From Nageia nagi (taxonomy: Eukaryota; Plantae; Pinophyta), in NCBI GenBank assembly GCA_050084985.1, contig JBITNC010000002.1, forward strand, positions 11,656,001 through 11,720,000: DNA of 64,000 bases. The letters are read 5' to 3'. The notes below the pieces were generated by a model, which was not told where the DNA came from, ran no database searches, and was given only the letters and a program-made list of their open reading frames with translations. The position numbers were made by a program, and so were the translations under genes. Positions 37,023 through 51,613 of this stretch are shown piece after piece. Position 1 is the first letter of the stretch. Every line of letters starts with the position of its first letter.

Positions 37023-38123
37023 TGTACAAGAAGGGATTTTGTTTATCCATAGAAGGGAGAATCACCTTTAGGACAAGCTTTGTTTAAGTCATGAAAATTG
37101 ATGCAAATACATATTCCCCTAATTTTCTTAGCAACATAAACTATACTGGACACCCATGCAGGGTAGTCAATAGGTTGAATGAATCCAACATCAAAAAGAT
37201 TTTGAAGTTATTCTTCAATAAGAAGTGCAATCTTAAGGTGCATATTTTTAGGCTTTGGCATTTTTATCAAGAACAATATTATGAACAACTAAATTGGAGT
37301 CCAAACTAGTCATCTTAGCATAGGTCCATGCAAAAACTTTGCAATATTTGCGTAAAACATTTGTGAATTAGGTCTTTTACTCATTGATCAAAATCTTTCC
37401 AAGTTGAATGATTATAGGTTAATTAGGATTTGTGCCAACATAAATTTCAATTATTTCCTCAACCAACATGTGTGAAGTGTAATATAATTTTGACAAAATG
37501 GGTGGGAGATCATGGTCATTGATATTGTTATCTAAAGAGTCTTAACTAAATTAATTATTTACATGTAGGATTTATGGGTAAATATTATTATAATATAAAG
37601 GAAAATGAGTATGTCCCCTAAGATGATGAACTATAGAATAATTTGTTGGTAAGTAATCCAAGAAAATAGGTTCATATTGATGTTGAAAGTTAAGTTTTTC
37701 AAGGTAATTAGGAATATGATGCAAGTAATCCATGATATATGTGAGTGGTGTATAAAATTATGTAGATATGGTGCAAATGTGAGGGGAATATAGATGGAGA
37801 AAATCATTGATGGAAAGATGGGAAAATTCATGAGAGGATTCCTCATAGTTGAAAGTGGTCATGAAATATGAGGGTGATGAATTTATGGGGGACTTAAAGG
37901 ATATGAAAGGTTCAAATATAGGATTATAAAAAATGTTGAAGGACTCAAGAATGAGCTCACAAAAGAGAGGATTATCAATAATGGAAATATATGAAGGAGA
38001 AGGATTATATGTGGTAGGAAGTGGAGTGGAGTCATGAGAAATGGTATTCATATGGAAAATGTCAGCTAAGGAGAGGTTTTTGAAGGCATCAACATAATCG
38101 TTTTATAAAAGTGGGCAAATGGA

Positions 38124-38231
38124 ATCATCATGGGAATTATCTTGTGGATGATTGTTATGTGAATTATCATGATAATGATTATCACTTGAATTTCCATGTG
38201 AATGATCATCATTTGAATTATCATGTGAATG
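38124..38231 (-). repeat. 27-bp x4 coding tandem repeat (HSHDNSNDD-type)
   Basis: HSHDNSNDD/HSHGNSSDN/HYHDNSHNN/HPQDNSHDD in ORF 38103-38456. Confidence 0.8.
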
Positions 38232-41200
38232 AATTATGAAGACTGGTTGTTTATGATATCCCAAGCCAATTTTACCAAATGGTTTACGTGAATTAAGATC
38301 AAGGGTATATATATCCTTATACTTTTGTATTAGTTGTAAATTCCATAGTCTTTCCTTCCATATTTTTTTATCAAGGTGTTGATAAAAATGATGTGGTGAC
38401 ATTATTTGTAGTGTTCCCTCCATAAATAAGTGAAGTGTGATTTGGGAATGGCCCAATAGGCATGATAGTATCTTTAGGATGACCCATGTCTTTTAAGGAG
38501 GTGCTTATGAACAAAGCAAGAGGTTAATCATGTAACATATATTCACCCACATGAAAAGATGTATAGTTTATAATGGTATTTCCATGAAGTTGTGAAGTGG
38601 AATAATTATCATTGGATGTTGAGATTATGTTAGTATGGGGGTTGGTTGTATGAGGAGTGGGTATTGTAACTTTAGATGAAGAAGTTGTGGGTGATTAGGT
38701 GTTAGAAGTTTGAGTGGAAATAGGTAGAAGGTATGTAGAGGAAATAATAGTGACATGAGGTGATTGAATGTTGTTACAATATTTAAATGGTTTAGGACCC
38801 TCTAGAATGCAATGTGTTTTTCCATCATAGTTATATTTGAGGTAGTGATGTAAGATGGAAGGGATATAATGCATTTCATGAATCCAAATCCTTCCAAGTA
38901 GGAAATTATATTGCATATCACCCTCAATGATATGGTATAAGGTACATATGGTACAAATCCTAACACTAATAAGAAGAACAATAGTGCCAAGGTAATGCAT
39001 ATGGAGTCATTGAAGGCTTTAAAGTGAGTGAGGAAGATGATAAATGACATTATGGTACATTGAGGTGATATAAGATGGAAGATGACATGATATTGAGACT
39101 AAAAATTTCATCAATCAATAACTTTTTATAAGGTTGTACATAAATTTTAAAAATTATAAAGAGAGATGTGTTAGGTCCAAGTAATCCCCCTTCTTTAATT
39201 TCATAATCATAAAATGTAATGGATCCATAATTACATGATTTAATATGTTTCATAAAGTTTTTAAAGGCATCAACATCTTAGATTTGGAGTTCAGTGGATT
39301 ATAGGACTTCAATAAGAGCATCTCTATGTACCTTAGATGTTTGTACTCTAAGACCATATATAGACATCTTTGTGGGAGATTATTTTAGTTGATATGTAAT
39401 ATTTTCCTTGATTGTGACAACTAGGTGATGTGGTGGAGGAATTGGTTTAGAAGATTTGGATGTTTTAGTGGATTGGAATTATTATTGATGAGGGGATTTA
39501 TGTGATGGATATTTTTACTTTTTAATGGCATGGATTACTTCAATAAATCTAGGGTTGCAAAGGGATCCATAAAATTCAGTTGACTTGACATATTTGATGA
39601 GGTTGATGTTTGATTTGGATGGGGTAATGGATCCTTATAGATATAAATATTCCGATTAGATGAAGAAAGAGGATTGTCAATGGAAAGGTCATCTCTCTCA
39701 ATAAGTTATTGTTAAATATTATTTAAATAATGATAGTTATCAGTTGTATGGTCTCTCAATATATGGAAAGTACAATGTTCATCTTCTTTTAACCAAATCA
39801 ATTTTGGAACATTGGGATATTATTGTTTAATATATGTTAAGGTGATAATACCACAATTAAGATACTTGTGAAATACATTTGATAATGACTTGAGAAGTAG
39901 TGTATGATCTCTTTTGGGTCTTGGAGGTCTAGGCCTTGATTGGTTACCTTGTTCTTTAGACTTGGTTTGAATGGGATAATGATTAGATCAAGGTGGTTTG
40001 GGTGGAGGATGTGATGTAGTGAAAGGTTGACTTAAGAACACTTGATTTACTTAGGGTTGATATGTGTTTGAATATGAGTTCCTATTCTTTTTATTTTGAT
40101 AATATTATTTCATTCTAAATTTGAGATCACCATTTTGCATACATACATATTCAATTCATTTAACCATACAAATAACTTCTTCAAAGGGGGATAACTATTG
40201 AATTTGAATAGTGTTTGAAATATCTTTATAATAAATTTTGGAAAAAAAGAGTCAATTTAGCTTGAGGAATTAGGAAATTAGAATATGAGTTCATGAACCA
40301 TAGATATCCAATGAGTAGCATAATTAATGATAAGTTCATTATCGATTTTTTTGAGACTATATAAGTCACTAAGAGTGGTTTTCCTTTTGATGTTGATGGA
40401 AAAATGATTGAGGAAAGATTGGTCAATTTTTGAAATGTGAAGATGGAATGTTGCACCAAATTATTTTACCACTCAAGTGCTTGACTAACTAAATTCGTAG
40501 GGAAGATTCTCAACATTAAGGGATCAATATTGTTGATGAGGTAATATTTATGCTTGAATTCCCTTAGATGATTTTGAGGTCTTACTTTCCTTTGTATTTG
40601 TCAAACTTTGGGAGCTCAAAATTTGGTAGGATATGGATAATATGGTGTGAATAGATGGATAGGTTCATTACACATTTGCTCATATGATAGATTATGAAGG
40701 TTTCAATCATGGTTTCTAACTTTCAATTTTTGTAATATTTCAAGAATGTTTTGTATGGAAGCTAGAAGTGGATTAAGTATTGAAGTGTCTTAGATAAATG
40801 ACATGATTGGTGAATATATGGTTGAATGTGTTAGTTTAAATGACATAAAAGGATTGGAATTGTATGTTGGTTGTAGAAATGATTATGGATAAAAAGTGAT
40901 AACATGGGAAGAATAGGTTTGAAATGGTATATGATTTTAGTGAGAAAAATTAGTTTGATTAATAAGTGTAAATGATATATATGGATTGGATGATATTAGT
41001 TGAGAATTATTTTGGTGTGGAAATTATGGATGAGTTTGAAAAGAAGTGATGGGATGAGATTGTAATTGAACATGAGAATGGGAAATGGAAGTTCTTTGAG
41101 GAAGAGATACTTATGTGGAAGAAATAGTAAAATGAGACATTTGAGATGTCACACCATTAGAAGGGTTGGAAGATGATTGGATAGTTTAAGTGATGAGAAT

Positions 41201-43374
41201 GGTTTGAGTGGTTGTGGAAGAATATCAACTATTTATGGACTCAACATGGTGATATATCATAATGTCATTTTGCAAAGATTGTGTTTGTTGAGATTGTAAA
41301 TATTCATTGGGTACATTCTAAAAAAATTAATGTGAGCCCTATTTTATGTGTTGGAAGATTTACCTTAAGGTTCAAAATATTGGCCATTGGATGGACCAAT
41401 CTCATAGGAAAGTCTTTTGGCTTTAAGAATAGTCAAAATATAATTAACATTATTAATGGCATATTATTCAAATTCATATAGAGGTCCTTTTATTGGATAC
41501 TTGATAAATGGATCCATGGAGTCTAAAGTTGGTGAAACTATGTGGTATATGTTTTTAGAGGTCTATCTAAATTGATTTTTGGTTTTGAACATATGAAAGG
41601 TTTGAACATATTACAATTTTACTTCATTAGTTTATGGTAGACAAAAACATAGTTGTAGTAATAAAACACATTAGTGTTTTATAAAAAAGTAAACATAATG
41701 AAAACCATCTCAAAATTTTAATTTCATTCAACAAACACTTATTCAAGAACTCACATATGAAATGAAAATTCTTTTTGTGAAACCTAAGATCTATGTTTTG
41801 TATCAGTTTAATGATTTTTTTCCTAGAATGTATGCTAGTCAAGTGTTTAAATAAGGAAAATATGGATATTATAGGAAGGTTTTTTCACTCTTTCATAAAC
41901 ATCATGTTGTAACTAATCTTTTAATGGGCATAGTGATTGAAAATGTGAAACATCCCCACATCCACATGAAACCACTCATGATCCAAAGAAGGGTAAGGAT
42001 CCCCATATAGATAATTGAATAAAGTGACATATGCAATGTGATATCCAAAGGCTTCCTATGGTTGGTTTTGGCTAAAGGATTTAAGTAAGTTCTTTAAGTA
42101 CTATGAGGCTTGAGTCCATCAAGGTGAGTATTTCATAGTCCTAGGTATTAGGACCTTCCTCTTCACTTCTCCAATTTAAACTCTCATTTTATCTTCTTTT
42201 AAATCACCTTGGTGATTAAATCCAAGATACCTATCTATGTTTTATGTTTTTGAGGTAAAGATCTTGGTAGTGACATCCAAGTATCCCTTCCCATGTGTGA
42301 ACGTATAAAATAAAAGATTCTTTTTAAATGATTATGCAATTTTTCATTCCCTTTAGCTCTTCTATAACCTTTTCTAGCCACCTAATATCGCTTTTCAACA
42401 TGAAGGGAGAGCATACTCCAATTTTGTGGATAATGTTTAATTTTAATGCAAGCACTCTTAGACAAAGATAAATAAAAAAAAACTAAATGTGAAACATTAT
42501 TCTAAAAATATTCATTAACTCTAGTATAAGAAAGGTCTTTTTTAGTCTAGCTAGATCACCAAAAAATGCAAAAAGAAGAGCATACACACATGTCTTAAAT
42601 TATCTTGGTGAATTATTTTATCCTTTTCTAAAAAAAGATATTTTTAATTCTAGCCAGATCACCAAAAGGTACAAGAGGAAGAGCATACACACCTCTCTTA
42701 AACTATCTTAATGTATATTCACTATTTTAAGTTCATTTACTAATTAATTGAGCACACAACTATTAAATAAACAATAAATAGAAAATAGAGAATCAAATGT
42801 AATGCACTTGATTTATTCCAACAATGAATTTTTGATAAATTAAAGCTACACTTGATAAACATGGGAGGTCAAACACATGTGTGTTATGTAAATGCAAGTG
42901 CATTTTTAAAAATGTAGGTTCATTCTACAAATGTAGGTGCATTTTAGCAACAATAATACCAAAAGAAAAATCCATGCATTTAAGCTAAAATGGAAACAAA
43001 AAAAACCCAAACATGAAGCCTTTCCAAAGTGCAGATATTAACAACAAATGATGATGTAAAAAGAAAATAAAAATTTGAATCAAATGGAGAAGGTAAGCTG
43101 AAGGATCCTTACAAAATGTATCAAAGGGGTCCCATCAAGTATGCCAAAATATTTTAACCAAAATATCTTAGCTTCTCATTTGTTTGTATTGGTTAAATAT
43201 ATACTCTTAAACATAGACTAAAGTCTATCTCTTATGCTTAAACTAAAATAAATAAATAAACTTTTTAGATACAAAAAGGAATCTTGCTTAGCCTTGTTTT
43301 AATATAAAGCATAAATTAAATAATACCATGCTCAAATTATGGTGTTGATAAACACCTTATTTACCCTAGATATG

Positions 43375-45337
43375 TGTTGAGACACAATTTGATGATCAAG
43401 ATAGAATTTGATGCTACGAAGCTAACCAAATTTTCTCTTTCAAAGAAATGTAGCAACCTATTGCATTTTTTTATTAAAAGTGCAACACCCCTCATGTTTC
43501 CAAATTTGTAAATAGGGAAAGAAATTTACCGATGTGAGTATTAATCATTTGATAAAATAAGCCTATTGTAATAATAGAAACATAAAAATATGATAGAGAA
43601 CACATATGGATATTTTGATGATATGATAGTTGGAATCAAGCTTAAGAATGATAAATTATGAGCTTGATCTTGACTAAATATTATTGGGATCTATATTGAT
43701 GATGACCTAATATTAGGAATTGGAGCCTAATATTTTTGGATAAATCACATTTTCAACTCTTTATTTCATAATTAGCATGCATAGGGTCTATCTGTATGAT
43801 TAATCGATCGATTGGTGGCCAATTAGGCCAGTCATTTGATTGATCAATGCAATTGGTCCCTTGGCAACTGATATGATGGATCCAATCAGTGTGATGGTGG
43901 TCGATTGGAAGCCAGAGATAGGAAAGCTCATTTTTGAGTTTTGGAAACTCATTTTTGGCTATTTTAAGTTTATAAATTGATGTTTCTATGTATGTTGAAT
44001 TTATTTATTGTAAAAGCTCTAGTAGTGAGTGAAAAATAGAATATATGGATCTATATATATATGGGTTGTTTAATATAGAACTCATGGTTTTGGGGATAAG
44101 AACTAAGAATTTGCATAGGGTTAAGGAAAATAAAAGGAGGTAAATCCTTTGGAGAGAGAATGTTGTTATGAGGAGGAATTATTTGTAATCCAAGAGGAAG
44201 AAATAATGGTTTGGATATTGGTTGTTTCCTTTAGTGGCTTGGAATTGTAAGTAATCAAAGACTAAATAAACTCCATGGATGTGGCCTACATTGCGTGAAC
44301 CATACTACATTTTTTATCATCTTTTGTTTGAATGATCTTAATATTTAATGCTTCTTATATGATTATATTAGAGTAATTACTTAGTTTCAACTTTATTTTT
44401 ATATACTAGATCCTAATAATTGGTATCAAAGCTTTATTATTTTGTTGGAAAAAGGGTTTATGGCTCAAGTGGGAGTAATGGTAGAAGAAGGGAGGTTTAG
44501 AATGGAAAGATTTAATGGCCAAAATTTTTAATTTTATAAGATGCAGATGCAAGAGTACTTGTACCAAAAGGATCTTTTCCTATCACTTGAGGGTAATACA
44601 AAGAAACCTTTGGCTATATCAGATGAGTAGTGGGCTCTTCTCGATAGAAAGACTTGGGTACAATGAGGCTATGTCTAGGAGATTTGATTTCCTTTAACAT
44701 TTATGAGGAAAAAAATATGAAATATTTCCTATATAAGTTAGCTAAGTTGTATGAAAAAACCTAAATCTCAAATAAGGAATTTCTCATGAAAATGTTATTT
44801 AATATGCAAATGGGAGAACATGGTTCGATTATAGACCACTTGAATGAATTTTATATTATTACTAATTAGTTGCATTCAGTGGGTTTAGATTTTTATGATG
44901 AAGTAAAAGCCTTGTTAATATTGTGTTCATTTTCAAAAGTTATAATAACTTGATAATGGTGTTTATTAATTATGCTTCAAGTTCTAACAAGTTAATGCTT
45001 GATGATATGGTGGGTATTATTTTGAGTGAGTATATGAGGAGGAAATCCATAGGTGAATCATCAAGGTATTATAGTGCTCTAAATATTTATAAGGAAATAC
45101 AAAGAGAAAAAAGGTATGAATTAGAATCAAGGAAAATTACAAGGAAACTCTAAAGAAAAAGGTAATCTAGAGTGTTGGTATTATGGGAAGAAGGGACACT
45201 TGAAGAGAAAATGTAGTTCAAACATTCAAAATGAGAAGGAAAATAATGAGAATCAAGATAATGATTAAGAGGCTAATTTGGTTGGTGAGTTTTTACAATA
45301 TGCTTTGATATTATCCCTTGAAATGAATATTTATGAT
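43375..45337 (+). mobile_element. Truncated Tnt1/Tork-like copia: LTR, PBS and degenerate gag
   Basis: PBS TGGTATCAAAGC at 44421. Gag MERFNGQNF.FYKMQMQEYLYQKDL and CWYYGKKGHLKR. The left boundary is approximate. Confidence 0.65.
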
Positions 45338-48300
45338 TGTAAAAGGAGATGAATCCTTCTACACCCAAGATCAAGCTTGAAGAGATCCTCCTAATCTTCA
45401 ACTTAAGAGAACACAATCACACACACAAAGAGAGAGATAAGGATGTATAGTGATTCCTCTCAACTAGAGATTAATCCATTCTAATATAGATCTTATTACT
45501 TATCAAAAGCACACTATTATAATACAACACTAAAACTTTCTCCTTCTATTCTTATACACACTAAGAACATTATAATGCTCTGAACTAAAGTGAAGAATGC
45601 TTGAAGAGAGCCCTTAATTTATAGGATAAAATCCCAATTTGTCTAACCTTTTTACCCATGGGGAATACCATAATCCAATGTATAAACACATTCATAAGTG
45701 GGATAAGTGTAGGACAAGTTTCAATATTTACTTCAATAAATACTTAAAAGGTATTTAGGAATACTTTTAAGTATGTAGTGGATTAAATAGAGATTTACAT
45801 AAAGAGAAGAGATATTATTCTTTAGATACCTTATAAAAAATAATTTATACAATAGTACATTATTTTTTCTAACACTCTCCCTTAATGCAATATTGGGGTA
45901 GAGAGAAGAGAAGATAGAAAGAGAGAGTAAGAGAGTTCTCCTTTATAAGAAATACAATCATATATGAGAACCTTGACATATTGAGAAGTAATCAAATCTA
46001 AAAAAAGGGTCAACTGCATAACCATTTTAACAAATGGTTTATAATACAATAATCAACCATAAATAGTTTCAATGTACAAGTAGTATTCATTTAACATGTT
46101 GACATGATGAGCCTTCATGAGCTTGCATACCCGAAGTAAGTAATCTGCAATCTCTAAAAGAAATCTGCAAGTTACAAGCAACTCATAAATAAGATCAATT
46201 AAATATATTATATATATACATTCATATAAATAAGATAAACAAATCAAGTAATACCATCCATAAATTGATCAAATGGTACTCTATAAGTCATCACAAATAT
46301 GCCAAAAGTTAGTTGCTATAAAAATAAATATGTGTTGCTCATTATAAAAAAATAAAACATATGATAAATTATGTTAAAAACATGCACATAATAGTTTCTC
46401 ATACATGGGTAACTAAAAAATGCTCACAATATATGCACACACTAGTTTCTCACATATGGATAACTAAATAGTACCCATAAAAATTCATCGTATACTCTAA
46501 AGTGTACAAATAAGTACATCACACATGGAGAATTAAGTATAAAAATGTACACATGAAGATGAAGAAAAGTGCACAAAGTTACCCATACATGAAGAACTAA
46601 GTATAAAAGTGCACACATAAAGATCAACATTATACAACAAAAAATCCTTTTAAGGGGTGAATTTATCATCACAAACATGAATTTAACAAGAATTTAGACT
46701 TCAATCCCACTAGAGGGAAACTTCACCAAACCAATAAAATCATTTAGCTTATAGAATTAAGCTTTTGGAAGAGTTTTGGTGAACAAATCAACGAAGCTTA
46801 AGTTAGAAGGACAATATTGAAGCTGTAGAGTGCCATCTAGAACTTTTTCCCTAAAAATATGCTTAGATTTCAAGATTCTTTGTTCTATGATGGTAAAAAA
46901 TATTATTGGATAAATTAATGGATGACTAATTATCTAAAGAAATTTGAGTAGAACCTGATTGTTCAAATCCAATTTCCTTTAGAATATTCCTAAGTTAAAT
47001 AACATCCTAGCTTACAACTGTCATAGCTCTATATTTTGGCTTTGTGGTAGATAGAGTGATGGTAGGATTCTTGTTTAAATACTAAGAGATATCACTTTAA
47101 CCAATGCTAAAACACATAAGCATAAGTGAATTTTCTATCATCTTTGTCTCCCCCATATTCAGAATATGAGAATCTTGAAAGAACAAAGGAAGGTAACTTA
47201 ATATATTTGAGGGTAAGATCCTTAGTGCTTGCAATATACCTTAAGAATTTCTTAGCTACTAAAAAATGCTCAACATAAGATTTTTGCATAAACCTTACCA
47301 TCATATTAATAACATAGGCAATATCTAGCTAGGAGAGTCAAATAAATAAGACTACTAATAAGTTGCATGTATGTTATAGCATCTCCCAACTGAGAGTTAG
47401 AGTTTATATCTAGTATGATTCCAAGATAAATTGGGATAGCCAAAGGCTTTCATTATTCCATTCCAAACTTTTGTAGAATATTTTAGATGTATTTGGATTG
47501 ACTAAGGTAGGAACAATCTTTATATTGATACACTTGTATACCAAGGTAGTAATGCAAGAGACCAAGATTAGTCATCTCATATTCAAACTTAATCTTGGAT
47601 ATGCACTCATTGATGATTATCATATTATTCCCAATAATCAAAAGGTCATCCACATAGAGAAGAATCAAGACCAATATTTTTTCTTCATTGAGCATATAGA
47701 GATTTCAATATGTGTAGCACTTGGAGAACCCAATAGTTTCAAATTATCCTTAAATCTTCTCATGTTGATCTCAACATCTAAGTCACCATTGACAAAAGCA
47801 CTCTTCACATCAAGTTAGAATATCTTCCAACCTTGAGCTACAAAAAGGAAAAGGATTAGTCTAACCATATACATATTTGTAAATATAGAAAATGTTTCCT
47901 CATAATCAACTTCATATTTCTAAGCAAAATCGTTAGCCACTAACCTTGCCTTGTATTTCTTAGTTTTATTTTTTGAGTTACACTTAACCTTGTAATCTCA
48001 TTTATTTTAAATTACATTACTTGTAGTTGCATATATAACTAAGTCCTAAATTTTATTTTCATAAGAGCCTCAAATTATAACTACATAGAATCAATCTAGC
48101 AAGAATGTTTAGAAGCCTCCTTAAAGTTTGAAGGTTCATTATGGCCTTCAATTTTGACAACAAGAGACTTATTTAAAGTAATATTTTTAGTTATCCTTTG
48201 GGTTAAATAATTTTTCTCTTATGGTGACTTATTTGAATTATGATCCAAACACTTAGGTCTTTCTAAAGAGTCTTCAAAGACTTCACTTGAAGAAGAATTA

Positions 48301-49845
48301 CTAGGATCTTTATTGAACTTAACATCCCTTGAAATAAACACTGATTTTGAAGGAGAGAAGATTTTATAACCTATATATATACCATCATAACCTAAAAAGA
48401 TCATTTCTTGGATTTATCATCTAACTTCTTTCTTTTCTCCAAGAGTATGTAGAAAAAAGCTTCACAACTAAAAACCCTTAGATGAGAAATGTTAGGTTTC
48501 TTTTCTATCCATGCCTCATAAGGAGTTTTTCCTTCAATTTTCTTGGTGGGGCACCTATTCAAGGTATAGATATCAGAAATCATAAATTTACCCTAAAGAA
48601 ACTTAGGAATATCACCCATTATGCATATATCCATTTCAATTATGGTCCTATTTTTTCTTTCTACAACACCATTTTGCTATGGGGTATAAGGGATTGTGAA
48701 TTACCTTTTGATTCCATGCCTTACACAATAGTCATTTAACTCATTGCTAATATACTTATCCTCATTATCGAACCTTAACAATTTGATTCTTAGGTTGGTT
48801 TGATTTTCAACCAAGGCCTTAAACTCTTTAAACATCTTAAAAGTTTGATCTTTATGCTCAAGTAGATAACCAAAGGTCATCTTACTAAAGTCATCTATTA
48901 AGGTAAGGTAGCTTGAAATGGATGCATCAAATCTGAATGAATCAATCGGAGAAGTTCATTTGCCCTTATTTCCTTATCCTTATCAAATGTTTACTTTTTC
49001 ATCTTCCCTAAGATGCAACTTTCACAAAGGTCAATGATAGGTGAGATTGATGGAAATCTTTTTACAAGATTTTGACTCTTCATGAGCTGAATATTTTTGT
49101 GGTTAGTGTGACCTAATATTTGGTGCTAAAGATTACCCTTAGAATAAACATTTGTAACTACACACATTTTAGTAGGCTTTTCATCAACTATGTAGAGATC
49201 ATTCTTGATAGATCCTTTTACCAAGGTGGCCAAAACCTTCCTTATGCTCCAAGAGTTTGAGGTAAACTTAAAAGAGTATCCTTTTCTTACCACTTGAATG
49301 ATCGATAGTAGATTCATCCTCAATTTAGGTACATAAAGCACATTCTTGATCATTTTACCATGCATCAAAATGCTTTCAATCCCATGAAATTCAACCATAT
49401 AGTTATCAACAATCACTACCACATCCTTTTTATGTTTAGAAAAATTTCGTAACTTGCCTTTTTCGAAACACATGTGATAAGTGCAGCCTGTATCAACTAT
49501 CCAACCATTTGAAAGTGAATGAGACTTAGAGTAAAGACCATAAATATAAGTACTTTTATTCTTCTTCTTTACTTTGTTTACCTTTCCTTTTCCATTTTCC
49601 TCATTCTTTTTCTTGAAGCAATGGATCTTTTTGTGACCATAAATGCCACAAAAGTTACAAGTCCTTTAAAATTTAGCCTTGTCATTAGAATTTTTTGCCT
49701 TGCTTTTTCCTTCATGACATTTGTTGCTACTTTTTCTTACATTTCTCTTGGGATGAGCATTAGAATACTTCTTATGATACTTATTTTTGAAGTGAGGTTT
49801 TGTTGCTCCTAAGGCATGATTATAATCTTTTTGTTGAGCAAGGTG
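45338..49845 (-). mobile_element. Degenerate copia of the same family as 53443-62557, 5'-truncated
   Basis: 3' LTR 45338-45874, and PPT/3' UTR CTCTCCCTTAATGCAATATTGGG shared with 53945. RT LLYVDDLLI, integrase GKTPYEAW, protease WIVDTGCTYHM. Confidence 0.85.
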
Positions 49846-50895
49846 TTATCATTGTTGTCAACACATAAGCAAATTCTTATAACTCTTCTCCCCCTTCGGC
49901 AACAATGAAAAAGGGTTGCTATAAACCCCCCTAATTCCATACACAACATTCTTAAGAAAAAAATGGTATAAAAAATAATAATCATAAACAGGAGAAAAAA
50001 GATGAAATAATGAAAAATTGCTGCCCCTAAGAAGGTGATCCCGATGGCTAGTCAATGCTTGGGAAAATTATCCACTCCTAATTTCTTATTAAGATATTCA
50101 AAGACTTATTTGGGAAATAGTTTTGTGAATATATCAACTACCTACTCCATTGTGGAAAAAAATCCAAATTCACCTCTCCTTTAGCAAGTTTCTCCATCAA
50201 GAAATGGTACCAGATAATAATATGTTTTGTACAATAATGCATAACTAGATTATTTAATATATTGATTGCACCTGTATTATCACATAACATTGAAATGGGC
50301 TCGCTGATATGAATACCAAGGTCCTTCATCATTTGTTTCATCCATAGTACTTGTATACAAAATGATATCATTATTATGCATTCCACCTCTATTGTGGATA
50401 AATAGACTAATTCCTACTTCTTATTGTGCCATGCCTTAAGATTATCATCCTAGTAAAATGCACCTCCACTGGTGCTCTCCTATCGTTAACACAACATACA
50501 CAATTTGCATCTAAATATGCAATAAGTGAAAAGTCCTTCCCCTTTGGTTACCACAAACCAAAATCCATTGTGCCTTTGAGGTACCAAAAAATTCTCTTCA
50601 GTATTGTCACATGAGTTTTCTTGGGGCTAGCCTAAAATTGTGCCACCATGCACACTTCCTATAGTATATATGTCAGGTCTAGTAGTTATCAAATATAATA
50701 AGCTACCAATCATTGACCTATATATAGTTTGATCAACCGATGGGAATATATCATCCTTGATCAACTTGCAACTTGTTGTCATAGGAGTATTAATCAACTT
50801 ATCCTCCATTGTAAAAAATTTCAACATTTCCTTCAAATACTTGATTTGCAAAATGAAAATACCATTTTTCAATTGATTAACTTGCAAACTAAGAA
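49845..50895 (-). mobile_element. SIRE/Maximus-like copia RT/RNase H fragment
   Basis: YRSMIGSLLYLITTRPDI and QVLWMKQMMKDLG…LCDNTGAINI. ATTGTTGCCGAAGGGGGAG PPT-type motif near 49887-49905. Confidence 0.7.
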
Positions 50896-51613
50896 AATAC
50901 TAAGGGAGCTTTGTAACTACATGCCAACCACTATCATTTAAGAAGATATATAACACCGCCTCCACCAATTCAAATCCATTCAATGTACCACCCTTTGTAG
51001 CTAGTACAAGCGAGATTTCATCTTGTAAACTTCCCATCCATGTAAGTTTATGATTACAAGGAGGTGGCCAATTATATCAATTTTTAATATGATTGACTAT
51101 TCCCAATCTTGGAAATGGTATCTTGGATAGGATTTAGATCAAATTCTTGTTAAAAAAATATGTAACACCCTCTTCATCCTCATTCTTTTATCAATTTTAT
51201 TTCATAATAACCTAAATTCCATATAAGATGACACTCATTTTCTCCTTATCTACACATTTTATAAGGACATTAAACAAACAAATTTGAAGTAGTTAAAATT
51301 GTATTTTTTACCATTTCATTCTTTCATGCTTGTTAAGCTTACATTACTAAAATTCAATTAGATTTTGTAAGAACATAAGCTAGAATTTCCAACAAGGTCT
51401 AAGAATTTCATTAAATAAAACATAAGATAAGCTTGGCCTCAAAATAATAAATTGCATCTTTATTAAATAAGCTAGCAAAAAATATCATTGGTCATGAAGG
51501 AATAACAAATTACAGGTTTGTTTCAATAATATCCCTGTCAATTATAATGAAGAAAATCAAGGCTCAAATAAATGAGTTATTCAATAAAGGCCTTCCAAGG
51601 TCATGGAAGACAA

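Larger units (their letters stand above)
36760..43370 (-). mobile_element. Degenerate Tat/Ogre-like gypsy element with most of pol deleted
   Basis: PBS-like TGGCATACTTGATGGGAC (43146-43129, tRNA-Arg type). Gag ELPKFDKYKGK (about 40.6 kb), protease-region YNFLLGRIWIHEM…PSILH, and RT start GFIQPIDYPAWVSSIV…DLNKACPK, which stops abruptly at about 37050. Confidence 0.7.
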
